The notes: a model not told the origin generated them from the letters alone. A stretch of 64,000 bases of DNA from an uncultured Peptostreptococcus sp. (GCA_900759325.1 CAAEUW010000025.1:16057-80056), one strand, 5' to 3'; numbered from the stretch's first letter, positions 1 to 11,005 are shown. Program-made: numbers and translations.

Positions 1-296
1 AAATAAGGTCAAGAGAGGCGGGCTATATCAGCCGTATACATTCAATGCAGTTGGGCATCCTAGCCATGAAGCTAGGGGCTGGTAGGGCGACTAAGTCTGA
101 CCCAATCAAGTATGGTGTAGGCCTAAAGATATGTGTTAAAAAGGGGGACAGGGTCAAGAGAGGAGATGTACTATGCAGGGTATATCATGACGAAGACCTA
201 GACAAGGACTGGCTATGGGAAATGTATAATAGCTTCCAGTACTCTGACCAGGTTCAGGACCCAACACCTATAGTTGAGGCAGTTTTAGGAGAGTAG
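1..296 (+). CDS. pdp: Pyrimidine-nucleoside phosphorylase, C-terminal part (gene starts before the window)
   Basis: LGAGRATKSDPIKYGVG...KKGDRVKRGDVL matches the PYNP C-terminal domain. Confidence 0.85.
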   Translation, partial: IRSREAGYISRIHSMQLGILAMKLGAGRATKSDPIKYGVGLKICVKKGDRVKRGDVLCRVYHDEDLDKDWLWEMYNSFQYSDQVQDPTPIVEAVLGE

Positions 297-416
297 GCTC
301 AGACAGTTAATTTATATTTATAGGGCTTTTTTCTACCCAAATAAGGGGTCCGTTTATGGTTAAATTAAGCCGTCTAATGGTATAATATACTTAAATCTTA
401 CTAAGGAGGTAGACCT

Positions 417-1007
417 ATGTCAGACGATAAGATAATAGACTTTGGCTCTTTTCAAAATAAGGTCAAGGATTCGGATATAGATAAATTAGAAGCATACATG
501 TATTCAATGTATACAAACGTATCTAGTGGAAGTATGAGCCCCCTAGATTTTTCGAAAAGTATCAATGAATTTCTAAAGAAGAATAATATTTCAGTGGAGA
601 AGTTCGGCCAGATGCAGGAAAAGCTTCTGGAGAGATATGGATTTGATCCAAAGAATATAGAAGAAGAGATGAAGAGGATGGGCATAGACATGAATGAAAG
701 TGCCTATATAGTAAATAATAAGGACAAGGAAGAGTCTTATAGTGTCAAGGACTTTGGGGACAAACTAGCCTTTTTTGAAAGGTATGACGGCATAGAAGAA
801 AAGACAATTATGCACTACCTTTTGGATAATGGTGTCAACCAGGTTAAGTTTATCATGGATGGTAGTAGCTTGACCCTTGTAAGTGAGAAAAAAATTGACC
901 TATCAGACCCAGATGTAAATACCTTTATAGCTGGCTATAGGCAGGCTAACAAGGAAAAAATCAAGGTAGTAATATGCGAGGCGACGAATGTTTATGACTA
1001 CTTCTAA
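417..1007 (+). CDS. Conserved clostridial protein, DUF3867-like
   Basis: RBS AAGGAGG. N-terminal IIDFxxxxNKVKDxDIDKLExY and C-terminal VVICEATNxYDY resemble DUF3867 as I recall it. Confidence 0.6.
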   Translation: MSDDKIIDFGSFQNKVKDSDIDKLEAYMYSMYTNVSSGSMSPLDFSKSINEFLKKNNISVEKFGQMQEKLLERYGFDPKNIEEEMKRMGIDMNESAYIVNNKDKEESYSVKDFGDKLAFFERYDGIEEKTIMHYLLDNGVNQVKFIMDGSSLTLVSEKKIDLSDPDVNTFIAGYRQANKEKIKVVICEATNVYDYF

Positions 1008-2487
1008 TAGCACTAATAGAGCTTTAAAGGAGGGGATTTCAGGAGAGGCCCAGGCTCAATTTAATATAAATGATAAGCCTTCATCATTGCCAAAAGCCTT
1101 CCTAAGAGATATGGAGGACCTTTTGGGGGATGAATACCAGGCCTTTTTAGACTCTTATAGGGACGAAAAGACTTCTGCAATAAGGGTTAATACCTTGAAG
1201 CTACCAATAGAAAGCTTCAAGGACTTGGGCCTTTTTAATATTGATTTTGAGAGGGACAAGATTAGCTGGGCAGTAGAGGGTTACTACCTGTCAGGAGATG
1301 TAAATCCAGGTAAGAATCCCCTACATGATGCAGGAGCCTATTATATACAGGAGCCTTCTGCCATGAGTGTGGTGGGTCAAACACCTATTTCTGAAGGAGA
1401 TAGGGTCCTAGACCTATGTGCAGCCCCAGGTGGCAAGTCCACCTATATACTATCAAGGCTAAATCATAAGGGACTTTTGGTATCTAATGAGATAAATCCA
1501 AGTAGGATTAGGGCCTTGGGGGAGAATCTAGAGAGATTTGGAGCTGTAAACTCTATTATAACTAATTCAGATTCCAGTAATTTATTAACGTTTTTTAAAG
1601 GTTTCTTTGATAAGATATTCATAGATGCACCGTGTTCTGGTCAAGGTATGTTCAGGAAGGATGATTTTGCCATTGAAGACTGGTCACAAGACAAGGTTGA
1701 TGAATGTGTTGCCATCCAGAGACAGCTTATAAGAGATGCCTACCAAATGCTAAGAGCTGGTGGTATGATTATTTATTCTACCTGCACCTTTACTAGGCAG
1801 GAAAATGAAGCTATAATTGAGGATTTCTTGGGATACTATCCAGATGCTAACCTACTTGATATGGATAGGATTTGGCCCCATAGAGATAGGGGAGAAGGCC
1901 ACTTTTGTGCCAGGATAACAAAGAAGGCAGATAAGCAGGGAGACCAGGAAGCTCAAGATAGTGATTTATTAGCTTTCGATAAAGATTCACACAGGGATTC
2001 TAGTAGAGAATCTGCTAAAAAATCAAAGAAAAAACAAAAGTCAAAGGCAAAATCCAATAGAAAAAATCAAGAATACCTTGGCTTGTACGAAGACTTCGCC
2101 ACCGACTATTTAATAGATGGTGGACTAAGGAAGCTATTAGAACCAGGTTTAGCCGTCAAGGAGGAAAGGCTTCACTACCAGCCTCTTGATTATGACCTTA
2201 GGGGTTTAAAGGTATTGAGGTCAGGACTTTTTATAGGTGAATTTAAAAAGAATAGGTTCGAGCCAGCCCATTCCTTGGCAATGGCCTTGAAGCCTAGTGA
2301 TGTGAAAAATACTATTGATTTTGCCAACGATTCTGATGAAATCAGGGCCTATCTGAGGGGAGAATCTATAGGAACAGGCCAATCAAGGGGTTGGGTCCTG
2401 GTAAGTGTAGAAGGTGTTTCCCTAGGTTGGGGCAAGGAATCAAATGGAATACTTAAAAATAAGTACCCAAAGGGACTTAGAAGATAG
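988..2487 (+). CDS. RsmF/NOL1/NOP2-family RNA m5C methyltransferase (true start may be downstream)
   Basis: Motifs YIQEPSAM, VLDLCAAPGGKS, DAPCSG and YSTCT; C-terminal PUA-like KNKYPKGLR. Confidence 0.9.
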   Translation: MFMTTSNSTNRALKEGISGEAQAQFNINDKPSSLPKAFLRDMEDLLGDEYQAFLDSYRDEKTSAIRVNTLKLPIESFKDLGLFNIDFERDKISWAVEGYYLSGDVNPGKNPLHDAGAYYIQEPSAMSVVGQTPISEGDRVLDLCAAPGGKSTYILSRLNHKGLLVSNEINPSRIRALGENLERFGAVNSIITNSDSSNLLTFFKGFFDKIFIDAPCSGQGMFRKDDFAIEDWSQDKVDECVAIQRQLIRDAYQMLRAGGMIIYSTCTFTRQENEAIIEDFLGYYPDANLLDMDRIWPHRDRGEGHFCARITKKADKQGDQEAQDSDLLAFDKDSHRDSSRESAKKSKKKQKSKAKSNRKNQEYLGLYEDFATDYLIDGGLRKLLEPGLAVKEERLHYQPLDYDLRGLKVLRSGLFIGEFKKNRFEPAHSLAMALKPSDVKNTIDFANDSDEIRAYLRGESIGTGQSRGWVLVSVEGVSLGWGKESNGILKNKYPKGLRR

Positions 2488-2543
2488 AGGCGACCCCATA
2501 GACCAGGAAAAATAAATTAATAGGGTTGAGGAAGGAGACGAAA

Positions 2544-3149
2544 TTGAGTCGAGTAGAGAAAAAGGGATTTATACATGAAGTAAAAGAAATTATCAAAGTT
2601 TTTTTAATGGCAGCAATTTTGGCTGTAGTCATAGTTCAGGTTATTAGACCAACCAGGGTAGATGGCCTATCAATGTACCCAACCCTTGAAAATAGTGACT
2701 ACCTGATTATTAATAGGGTCAGTAGGTATACTGGTGTCAAGAGGGGTGATATAGTTGTATTTGATAGCTATATGCCTTTAAACAGCCTAACTAGTCAAGA
2801 CAAGAGCACAGCTAAGAAAATAGTGGACTTCATATTGCAGGATGATAGTAGCACTAAGGACCTAGTAAAGAGGGTAATCGCTGTAGGTGGTGACCACATC
2901 ACTATAAAGGATGGGGTTGTCAAGGTAAACGGAAAGGTCCTAGATGAGGAATATATTTCTAAGGACAATTATACAGATGGTGATATAGACACTACTGTGC
3001 CAGAGGGCAAGCTTTTTTGCATGGGTGATAACAGGAGAAACAGTCTAGATAGTAGGTATACAGAGGTTGGCTTTGTTCCTGAATCTAGGCTTGTAGGAAG
3101 TGTACTAGTTAGATTATTTCCATTGCAAAATATAGGGACTGTAAAATAG
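2544..3149 (+). CDS. lepB: Signal peptidase I
   Basis: N-terminal TM helix, catalytic SMYPTL and VKRVI, GDNRxNSxDSR; TTG start after AAGGAG. Confidence 0.93.
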   Translation: MSRVEKKGFIHEVKEIIKVFLMAAILAVVIVQVIRPTRVDGLSMYPTLENSDYLIINRVSRYTGVKRGDIVVFDSYMPLNSLTSQDKSTAKKIVDFILQDDSSTKDLVKRVIAVGGDHITIKDGVVKVNGKVLDEEYISKDNYTDGDIDTTVPEGKLFCMGDNRRNSLDSRYTEVGFVPESRLVGSVLVRLFPLQNIGTVK

Positions 3150-3156
3150 TTAGTTG

Positions 3157-3185
3157 AAATTCAAGGGGGGACCTCCTTGAATTTT
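3157..3185 (+). terminator. Hairpin, probable terminator after lepB
   Basis: AAATTCAAGG...CCTTGAATTTT inverted repeat. Confidence 0.5.
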
Positions 3186-3209
3186 GTCATAGTATGAAGG
3201 GATAGATCG

Positions 3210-4865
3210 ATGAGTGATTTAAATATCAGGGTAGATGGTAAGGAAATAAAAATAGATGAAGGTAAGATTAGACTTTCCAAGTTAGCCAAAATGCTAGAAG
3301 ATGACTACCAGGGACATATATGCATGGCTAAAATAAAAAACAGGTACCGTGACTTAAACTATGTGCTTCACACTAGTGAGGATGTCCACCTTATAGATAC
3401 AAGGAGTGAAGACGGTATGCGTCTGTATTTTAGGGGTCTATCTTTGCTTTTAGTAATGGCCTGTAGGGATGTATTTGACAACTGCAAGGTCTTTATCAAG
3501 CACTCTATAGCAGGAGGGCTTTACTGTATGCTTAGGATGCCAAAAGACCTAACTGATGATGATATTGAGGTCCTAAAGGCCAAGATGAAGGAATATATAG
3601 AAAAGGACTATGAAATAAAATGTCACTATATGCCAAATGACCAGGCCATTGACAAGTTTGAAGAGGTTAGAAGGTTTGACAAGTCTAATCTCCTAAAGTA
3701 TAGGGATGATGACCTTACTAAGGTATATGAGTGTAATGGCTACTTTGACTATTTTTATGGATATATGTTCCCATCTACCTCATATATCAAGGATTTTGAC
3801 CTAGTTAGGATGGGTGAAGGCCTGGTAATCTTGGGTCCAGATAAGGGCATAAAGGGTAGGGTGGCAAAATTTAAGCCCCTACCAAAGCTGTCAGATATCT
3901 ACAGGGAGTCTGAACAGTGGTCTAGGACCTTAGGAATAGAGACCCTAGTAGACCTAAATAGGATAATAGAAAACAATGAATATGGTGAAATGATAAGGAC
4001 TGTTGAGTCCCTACATGAAAAGAAAATAGCTGAGATAGCGGATATGATAGTGAGGAGGAAGAGTAAGCTGATCTTAATAGCAGCGCCTTCATCATCAGGT
4101 AAAACGAGTTTTGCCCACAGGCTATCTACACAGCTAAGGGTAAATGGATTGACACCACTACCTATATCCCTAGACGATTATTTTGTCAATAGGGAGGATA
4201 CACCAAGAGACGAAAATGGAGACTACGACTTTGAATCAATAGACGCAATTGATATTGACCAATTCAATAGGGACCTGAATGACCTTTTACAGGGCAAAGA
4301 AATTGTAAAAATTAAATTTGATTTTATGACTGGGACAAGGGTCTATACAGATAAAAAGCTAAAGCTGGAGGGTGACAACCCTATAATTCTGGAGGGAATC
4401 CATGGCTTGAACCCAAGTTTGACCAAGGCACTGCCAGATGATTTGAAGTTTAAGATATACTTAAGTGTTATTACTCAGATAAACCTGGATGACCACAATA
4501 GGATACCGACTACAGATTTCAGGCTGATAAGAAGAATAGTCAGGGACCACCAATTCAGAAATTCTAATGCAGAGAGTACACTAGAAAAGTGGGCCTCAGT
4601 TAGGAGGGGGGAGGAAAGAAATATTTTCCCTTACCAGGAAGAGGCAGATGTTATGTTTAACTCAGCCAGTGTGTATGAGCTGTCAGTCCTAAAGCCAATG
4701 GCTATAAAGTTATTGAGAAAGGTTGACGAGGACTCTTGTCATTATTTAGATGCCTTGAGGCTAAGAAAGTTTTTACAGTACTTCAACCAGATAGATGATA
4801 CTGGAGATATAGGTCCTACTTCTATAATTAGGGAGTTTATTGGTGGAAGCAGGATAGTTGACTAG
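3210..4865 (+). CDS. Nucleoside (uridine) kinase family protein with N-terminal ThrRS-like domain
   Basis: P-loop APSSSGKT, ISLDDYF, EGIHGLN and RLIRRIVRD; N-terminal half resembles TGS/ThrRS additional domain. Confidence 0.85.
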   Translation: MSDLNIRVDGKEIKIDEGKIRLSKLAKMLEDDYQGHICMAKIKNRYRDLNYVLHTSEDVHLIDTRSEDGMRLYFRGLSLLLVMACRDVFDNCKVFIKHSIAGGLYCMLRMPKDLTDDDIEVLKAKMKEYIEKDYEIKCHYMPNDQAIDKFEEVRRFDKSNLLKYRDDDLTKVYECNGYFDYFYGYMFPSTSYIKDFDLVRMGEGLVILGPDKGIKGRVAKFKPLPKLSDIYRESEQWSRTLGIETLVDLNRIIENNEYGEMIRTVESLHEKKIAEIADMIVRRKSKLILIAAPSSSGKTSFAHRLSTQLRVNGLTPLPISLDDYFVNREDTPRDENGDYDFESIDAIDIDQFNRDLNDLLQGKEIVKIKFDFMTGTRVYTDKKLKLEGDNPIILEGIHGLNPSLTKALPDDLKFKIYLSVITQINLDDHNRIPTTDFRLIRRIVRDHQFRNSNAESTLEKWASVRRGEERNIFPYQEEADVMFNSASVYELSVLKPMAIKLLRKVDEDSCHYLDALRLRKFLQYFNQIDDTGDIGPTSIIREFIGGSRIVD

Positions 4866-4875
4866 AGGAGGAAGG

Positions 4876-5514
4876 ATGTCGAGAAAAAAGACGAAAAAAG
4901 AAACGATAGAAATACTGGACCTCTTGAATGACCAGCACCCAGATGCCCATTGCGAGTTGGTGCATTCATCTGCCTTTGAGTTATTAGTAGCAACCATACT
5001 ATCAGCCCAGTGTACAGATGTTAGGGTTAATATAGTCACAGAGGAAATGTTTAAAAAGTACAACCAGCCCCAGGACTTTAAGGACCTGAGTATAGGCCAG
5101 ATAGAGAAAATGATTAAGACCTGTGGGCTATACAAGTCAAAGGCCAAGAAGATTAAGGAAACATCATCAATATTAGTAGACCTATATGGGGGCCAGGTTC
5201 CAGATAATTTAGAAGACCTTGTGAAGCTCCCCGGCGTGGGAAGAAAGACAGCAGGGGTTGTCTTGAGCAATGCCTTCGGAGTACCTGCTATTGCAGTGGA
5301 TACCCATGTATTTAGGGTCAGCAATAGGATAGGTATAGTAAAGGAGCCTACACCAGAGAAGACAGAGTTTGCCCTGATGAAGGCAATACCAAAGGACAGG
5401 TGGACCCATTCCCACCACCTACTGATATTCCATGGTAGAAGGGTCTGTAAGGCTAGAAAACCAGAATGTAGTAATTGCTCTATAAGTCATATGTGCAACT
5501 ACTATAGCTTTTAG
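4876..5514 (+). CDS. nth: Endonuclease III
   Basis: ILSAQCTD, HhH LPGVGRKTA, VDTHV and 4Fe-4S motif C-x6-C-x2-C-x5-C. Confidence 0.96.
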   Translation: MSRKKTKKETIEILDLLNDQHPDAHCELVHSSAFELLVATILSAQCTDVRVNIVTEEMFKKYNQPQDFKDLSIGQIEKMIKTCGLYKSKAKKIKETSSILVDLYGGQVPDNLEDLVKLPGVGRKTAGVVLSNAFGVPAIAVDTHVFRVSNRIGIVKEPTPEKTEFALMKAIPKDRWTHSHHLLIFHGRRVCKARKPECSNCSISHMCNYYSF

Positions 5515-5539
5515 ATAGAAAATAAAGGGGGTTGATATT

Positions 5540-6010
5540 ATGGCTATCAATATAGTGCTTGTTGAGCCAGAAATACCACACAATACGGGTAATATAATTA
5601 GGACATGTGCAAATACAGGGGCTATACTCCACCTGGTAAGACCACTAGGCTTTTCCCTAGATGATAAGCACCTAAAGAGGTGTGGCCTAGACTATTGGGA
5701 TATAGCAGATATACAATACTATGATAGCTTCGAGGAACTTGAAGAGAAAAATAAGGGGGCTAAATTTTTCTTCTCTACCATAAACGGCAAACAAAACCAT
5801 ACTGATGTAAGGTATGAGGACGGTTGCTTTTTGGTATTTGGTAAGGAAACTAAGGGCCTACCCAAGGACCTGATAGAAGCCAATATGGATACCTGTATCA
5901 GGATACCAATGAGGGGGATAGAGGGTGCAAGGTGCCTTAACCTGTCTAATGCAGTGGCCATTGTGGTATACGAGGCTATGAGACAATTAGACTTTGATGG
6001 TTTGGTTTAG
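5540..6010 (+). CDS. trmL: tRNA (cytidine34-2'-O)-methyltransferase
   Basis: EPEIPHNTGNI, GLDYW, FGKETKGLP and CLNLSN SPOUT motifs. Confidence 0.93.
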   Translation: MAINIVLVEPEIPHNTGNIIRTCANTGAILHLVRPLGFSLDDKHLKRCGLDYWDIADIQYYDSFEELEEKNKGAKFFFSTINGKQNHTDVRYEDGCFLVFGKETKGLPKDLIEANMDTCIRIPMRGIEGARCLNLSNAVAIVVYEAMRQLDFDGLV

Positions 6011-6028
6011 AAAAATATGGAGGTAAGT

Positions 6029-6904
6029 ATGAATAAGATTAAGATAGTCTGTGATAGTTTGTCTGACATAACCCAGGACTATTTGGACTTATATGATATA
6101 GAGATGTTGCCAATCAGTGTAAATATCGATGGTGTTGAATATAAGGATAGGGTTGATATAGAGGGGGAAAAGTTTTATAGGCTATTGAGAGAAGAGGGCC
6201 TAATACCTAAGACTTCTCAAATAACATATGGGGCCTTCTATGAATGCTTTAAGAGCTACTGTGAGAAGGGCTACGATATCCTCTATATTTCTGCCGCGGC
6301 AAGTGCTACAGGTACCTACCAAAGTGCCATGCTAGTCAAGTCAGAGCTAGAAGAAAGTTATGATAATAAAATTAGGATTATAGACTCTAATACCCTTTGC
6401 TTTGCTATAGCTATACAGGTTATAAGGGCCTGCCAGCTAAGAGAAGAGGGCAAGACACTTGATGAAATAGTTGACCAGATTGAGGCTATGAAGGATATGG
6501 CCTATGGTTGTTTCTCCTGTGATGACCTCCTATACCTTAGCAAGGGTGGAAGGATATCAAGTACTAAAGCTACAATAGGTACGGTCTTAAGTATCAAGCC
6601 CCTATGCATCCTGAAGGATGGTATAGTTGATAATGTAGGCATGGCTAGGGGAAAGAAGAATGTAGCAGGAAAACTAGTAGAAATAGCCAAGGAAAATGGA
6701 ATATCCAGCCTTGAAGGCAGGACAGTCTATATAGGCTATTCAGATGACCTAAAAGAAAGGGATAGACTAGAGGATATAATAAGGGCTGAGCTAAAGCCTT
6801 CTGAGGTAAGATACTTTATGATAGGCTGTGGAATAGGTACCCATGGAGGGCCAGGAACGACTGGCTTTATATGCTGGAAGGACCAGGCTAAGGATCTCCT
6901 ATAA
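6029..6904 (+). CDS. DegV family fatty-acid-binding protein
   Basis: IVCDSLSD, PKTSQ, LSKGGRI, SIKP and GTHGGPG. Confidence 0.92.
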   Translation: MNKIKIVCDSLSDITQDYLDLYDIEMLPISVNIDGVEYKDRVDIEGEKFYRLLREEGLIPKTSQITYGAFYECFKSYCEKGYDILYISAAASATGTYQSAMLVKSELEESYDNKIRIIDSNTLCFAIAIQVIRACQLREEGKTLDEIVDQIEAMKDMAYGCFSCDDLLYLSKGGRISSTKATIGTVLSIKPLCILKDGIVDNVGMARGKKNVAGKLVEIAKENGISSLEGRTVYIGYSDDLKERDRLEDIIRAELKPSEVRYFMIGCGIGTHGGPGTTGFICWKDQAKDLL

Positions 6905-6935
6905 GAGAAATTATAATTAAATATATTGTACAAAT

Positions 6936-6964
6936 AAAAAGACACCCACTTAAGGTGTCTTTTT
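6936..6964. terminator. Bidirectional intrinsic terminator between DegV and pepD
   Basis: AAAAAGACACC-CACTTAA-GGTGTCTTTTT between convergent genes. Confidence 0.85.
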
Positions 6965-6994
6965 CGCTGCTTATATAAAGCTAGTTTGCATTTT

Positions 6995-8443
6995 TTAAAG
7001 TACCTCTAGTAGTCTGACGATAAACTTCCACATCCTACCTACAGAATCGACCTCAACATGCTCCTGTGGTGTATGCACATTGAACATATTAGGACCTATT
7101 GAAATTGCTTCAGCCTTGTGTCTTAGTTTGTTTAAAAGGATACCGCATTCTAGACCGCAATGCATGATTACAACATTAGGGTCCTTGTCGAATACTTCCT
7201 TGTAGACACCTACTGACAAGTCCTCTAGCTTAGAATTTTTGTCATGCTCCCAGGCAGGGTATTCAGCAGAAAATTCTAGTTTAGCTCCGACTAGTTTAGC
7301 CAGTCTAGCCAAGTTTGACTTAACATAGTCTCTTTTAGATGCTGCAGTGAACCTTACAAGACTATTGAATTCTAAGTTCTGGTTACCCTCATGTATTACC
7401 GCAAAATTAGAGGATGTATCAACCATGCCCAGATCAACTGCCCTTGATATTACGCCATCAGGTGTTAGGCAAAGTATATCTAAGATCTTATTCTTACACT
7501 CATCTGTAAATACCTTGAAATCAGTTGGTGCAGACCTTCTCAATTCTATCTTTAAATTAGGGTCAGTAGGATAGTATTCCTTTTGTATCTTAGCAGAAAG
7601 CCTCTGAATCTCTCTGACAAGTGCTTCTAGATCTTCATTTCTAATGGAAATTACTGCCTCACAGCTTCTAGGTATAGCATTTCTCTTAGAGCCACCACCT
7701 ATATAGAATAGGTCATAGTCGTAAGTGATAGAGCTGAGTATCCTGCCCATAATTACATTGGCATTTGCCCTTTGCTTGTCTATATCCATACCTGAGTGTC
7801 CACCAAATAGGCCCTTAACATTAATTTCTAGGGCTAGGTTGGTAGAAATGGCAGGCCTATATTCCTTCCTTAGGACCATGCTAGCATTAACTGCTCCTGC
7901 ACATCCTACAAGGATAGAATCGTCCTCCTCTCCATCAAGATTCAGGATATATGTAGACTTAAGATCTGACATATCAAGCTTTTCTACACCTATCAGACCG
8001 ATCTCCTCCTCAACTGTAAATACACATTCAAGGTTAGGGTGTGATAGGTCATCGCTTTCTAATATGGCCATCATATAGGCAACACCCATACCATCATCTG
8101 CACCAAGCGTTGTCTGGTTCGCCCTTAGATTATTGCCATCTAGGATTAACTCGATTGGGTCCTTGGTAAAGTCATGGTCTACTGAGTCACTAGCTTCAGG
8201 TACCATGTCTACATGGGCCTGTAGCATAACCGTGGATGGGTTAGGACTGCCATTAGTTGCAGGCTTCTTCACTATTAGATTTTTGTAGCTATCTTGGTAG
8301 GTTTCTAAACCTAGACTCTTGGCAAAATTCATAATATAATCGCTGATAGCTCCCTCGTGACCAGATGGTCTAGGGATTCTTGAGATACATTCAAAATTTT
8401 TGAAAACCAATGTTGGAAATAAACCTTCTGTTATATACTTCAT
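6995..8443 (-). CDS. pepD: Aminoacyl-histidine dipeptidase (M20C)
   Basis: PRPSGHE, QAHVDMV, TTLGADDG, EEEIGL, GGHSG and HCGLECG; RBS GGGAGG. Confidence 0.92.
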   Translation of the reverse strand: MKYITEGLFPTLVFKNFECISRIPRPSGHEGAISDYIMNFAKSLGLETYQDSYKNLIVKKPATNGSPNPSTVMLQAHVDMVPEASDSVDHDFTKDPIELILDGNNLRANQTTLGADDGMGVAYMMAILESDDLSHPNLECVFTVEEEIGLIGVEKLDMSDLKSTYILNLDGEEDDSILVGCAGAVNASMVLRKEYRPAISTNLALEINVKGLFGGHSGMDIDKQRANANVIMGRILSSITYDYDLFYIGGGSKRNAIPRSCEAVISIRNEDLEALVREIQRLSAKIQKEYYPTDPNLKIELRRSAPTDFKVFTDECKNKILDILCLTPDGVISRAVDLGMVDTSSNFAVIHEGNQNLEFNSLVRFTAASKRDYVKSNLARLAKLVGAKLEFSAEYPAWEHDKNSKLEDLSVGVYKEVFDKDPNVVIMHCGLECGILLNKLRHKAEAISIGPNMFNVHTPQEHVEVDSVGRMWKFIVRLLEVL

Positions 8444-8572
8444 CTCAAAGCACCTCCCTAAGTAATATAATTCCAAAATAAATCTTTACATATATATTAT
8501 AACATGGTTAAAGTCCAATGTGGTATAATATTGAGATAGAAATTAAATCAGGCATCAAGGCCTTAGAAAAGG

Positions 8573-11005
8573 ATGGTGAATATGGAAGCTAAATTTTATA
8601 AAGTATTAGAGTTAGACAAGATAATAGATATGCTAAAGGCCAAGGCTGCATCCAGTCTAGGTCTTTCAATGATAGAAAAATTAAAACCAATGTCAAGTTT
8701 TGAAGAGGTAAGGGCCGCCCAAGAGGAAACCACTGAGGCCCAGTCAATCCTCATAAACAGGGGACATGTGCCACTTGAGGGTATACATGATATAGGAGAC
8801 AAGGCCAAGAGGGCAGATCTAGGAGCTGTTTTAGACCCTAAAAGTCTCCTTGACCTAGCTGACACCATGAGAGCAACTAGGGTACTAAGCAATGTCTTGA
8901 GTGGCCAGATTAAGAAGGAGACCTTTGGTAATTCTGAAACATCAGTAGACGAAGAGGATGATGGAATCAAGTTTCCTATCATCCAGAGTTTGGCTACGTC
9001 CTTGTACATACACAAGGATATAGAGGAAGAAATATTCAATGCCATAGTTAGTGAGCTGGAAATAGCAGACTCTGCTTCGCCGGACTTGAGGTCTATAAGG
9101 AGGAGGATCCTGCAAAAGAACCAGTCGATCAGGTCCAAGCTAAATGGGATTATATCGTCTGCTAGCTACCAAAAGTATCTTCAGGACGCCATCATATCCA
9201 TGAGGGGTGACAGGTTTGTAGTCCCAGTCAAGGCAGAATACAGGTCTATGGTGTCCGGAATTATCCATGACCAGTCCTCATCAGGAGCAACCCTATTCAT
9301 AGAGCCTATGACTATAGTTGAGATGAACAACGACCTAAGACAGCTAAGACTCCAGGAAAAAGAAGAGATAGAAAAAATCCTAGCAAACCTGTCTGCCATG
9401 GTAGGTCAGGTGAGCAGGGAATTGCTATCAAACCAAGAAATTCTATCTAAGTTGGACTTTGCATTTGCCAAGGGAAAGCTATCAATAGATATGAAGGCTA
9501 CAGAACCAAGCCTAAATAAGGATAGGCTAGTTAGGATAGTCGGAGGTAGACACCCCCTACTAGATAGGAAGTCAGTTGTAGCCAATGATATATTGCTGGG
9601 AGGCGACTATTCTACCCTACTGATAACGGGACCAAATACAGGTGGTAAGACGGTGACTATAAAGACTCTAGGCCTATTTGCCCTGATGACCCAGTGTGGA
9701 CTTCACTTGTCAGCAAACTATGGTACTAGTATGTGCGTCTTTGACCAAATATTTGCAGATATAGGAGACGACCAGAGTATAGAGCAGAACCTGTCTACCT
9801 TCTCATCCCACATGACTAGGATTGTAAATATAGTAGACAGGGTGACAGACCAGTCCTTGGTAATATTTGACGAATTGGGGGCAGGTACGGACCCAGAAGA
9901 GGGGGCAGCCCTAGCAATAGCAATATTAGAAAATATAAGACAGTCTGGAGCGTCCTGTATAGCAACTACCCACTATAGTGAATTGAAAAAGTATGCCCTA
10001 GCCAAGAAGGATGTTGAAAATGCAGCGGTAGAGTTCGACATGGAGACGCTTTCTCCTACATACAGGCTCCTTATAGGTGTACCCGGAAAGTCAAATGCCT
10101 TTGAAATTTCTAGAAAGCTAGGTCTGAGTGAATATATTATAGAACATGCTAAAAACTTCCTAACAAATGAGGACATAGAAATAGAGGAGGTCCTACAGAA
10201 CGTAGAAAAGAGTAGACTTAAGACCCAGGAAGAGCTTGAAAGGGCAGAAAGATACAGGCAGGAGATAGAGGATATAAAGCTAGACTACCAGGCCAAGCTA
10301 GAAAAGCTAGACCAGTCCAAGGCCAAGGTTTTAGAAAATGCCAGGAGCCAAGCCTTCTCTATAGTAAGGCAGGCCAAGGAAGATACGGATGCCATGATCA
10401 AGGAAATCAGGAAGACAGATAGGCTGAAGGATAGTAGGGAAAAGGACCGTAGGCTTGAGGAGATTAGAAAAGAAATAGGCCAGTCTATGGGCAAACTCCA
10501 GCCTAGTGTAGAGAGTATGGTTGTACCAAAGTATGCATCCAAGGAGATTAAGACCCTAAAGCCTGGTACAGATGTAAATATAATTACCCTAAGGCAGGAT
10601 GGTACAGTTGTATCTGCAGATGACAAGAAGAGGGAAGCCATAGTCCAGGTTGGTATCATGAAAATGAGCCTACCATACAAGTCTCTCAAATTGATAGATA
10701 AGAAAGAGAAAAACACGGTTACTAAGACTACAAGGCAGGTTATTAATTCCAAGTCGGGTAGTGTAGAAAGAAAGGTAGACCTAAGGGGCATGAACCTTGA
10801 AGAGGCTAGCATGGCTGTTGAAAAGTACTTAGATGATGCCTGTATGGCTGGCCATGAAGAGGTAACAATTATCCATGGTATAGGTACAGGAATATTGAAA
10901 AAGGGTATTACAGACCTACTAAAGAAAAATCCACATGTCAAGTCCATGAGACCTGGCCAGTATGGTGAAGGTGGGGTTGGAGTAACCATAGTAATAGTAA
11001 AGTAG
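8573..11005 (+). CDS. mutS2: Endonuclease MutS2
   Basis: TGPNTGGKT, STFSSHM, DELGAGTDP, ATTHY; C-terminal KOW and Smr (IIHGIGTG) domains. Confidence 0.96.
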   Translation: MVNMEAKFYKVLELDKIIDMLKAKAASSLGLSMIEKLKPMSSFEEVRAAQEETTEAQSILINRGHVPLEGIHDIGDKAKRADLGAVLDPKSLLDLADTMRATRVLSNVLSGQIKKETFGNSETSVDEEDDGIKFPIIQSLATSLYIHKDIEEEIFNAIVSELEIADSASPDLRSIRRRILQKNQSIRSKLNGIISSASYQKYLQDAIISMRGDRFVVPVKAEYRSMVSGIIHDQSSSGATLFIEPMTIVEMNNDLRQLRLQEKEEIEKILANLSAMVGQVSRELLSNQEILSKLDFAFAKGKLSIDMKATEPSLNKDRLVRIVGGRHPLLDRKSVVANDILLGGDYSTLLITGPNTGGKTVTIKTLGLFALMTQCGLHLSANYGTSMCVFDQIFADIGDDQSIEQNLSTFSSHMTRIVNIVDRVTDQSLVIFDELGAGTDPEEGAALAIAILENIRQSGASCIATTHYSELKKYALAKKDVENAAVEFDMETLSPTYRLLIGVPGKSNAFEISRKLGLSEYIIEHAKNFLTNEDIEIEEVLQNVEKSRLKTQEELERAERYRQEIEDIKLDYQAKLEKLDQSKAKVLENARSQAFSIVRQAKEDTDAMIKEIRKTDRLKDSREKDRRLEEIRKEIGQSMGKLQPSVESMVVPKYASKEIKTLKPGTDVNIITLRQDGTVVSADDKKREAIVQVGIMKMSLPYKSLKLIDKKEKNTVTKTTRQVINSKSGSVERKVDLRGMNLEEASMAVEKYLDDACMAGHEEVTIIHGIGTGILKKGITDLLKKNPHVKSMRPGQYGEGGVGVTIVIVK

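Noticed and set aside
1925..2075. Intein or foreign insert in the RsmF-like gene
   Set aside because: It is a short charged low-complexity interdomain linker with no intein motifs.
10285..10989. Long antisense ORFs (also 32771-33403, 57871-58467 and many others in the ORF track)
   Set aside because: They are shadows of well-supported opposite-strand genes, with no RBS or recognisable motifs.
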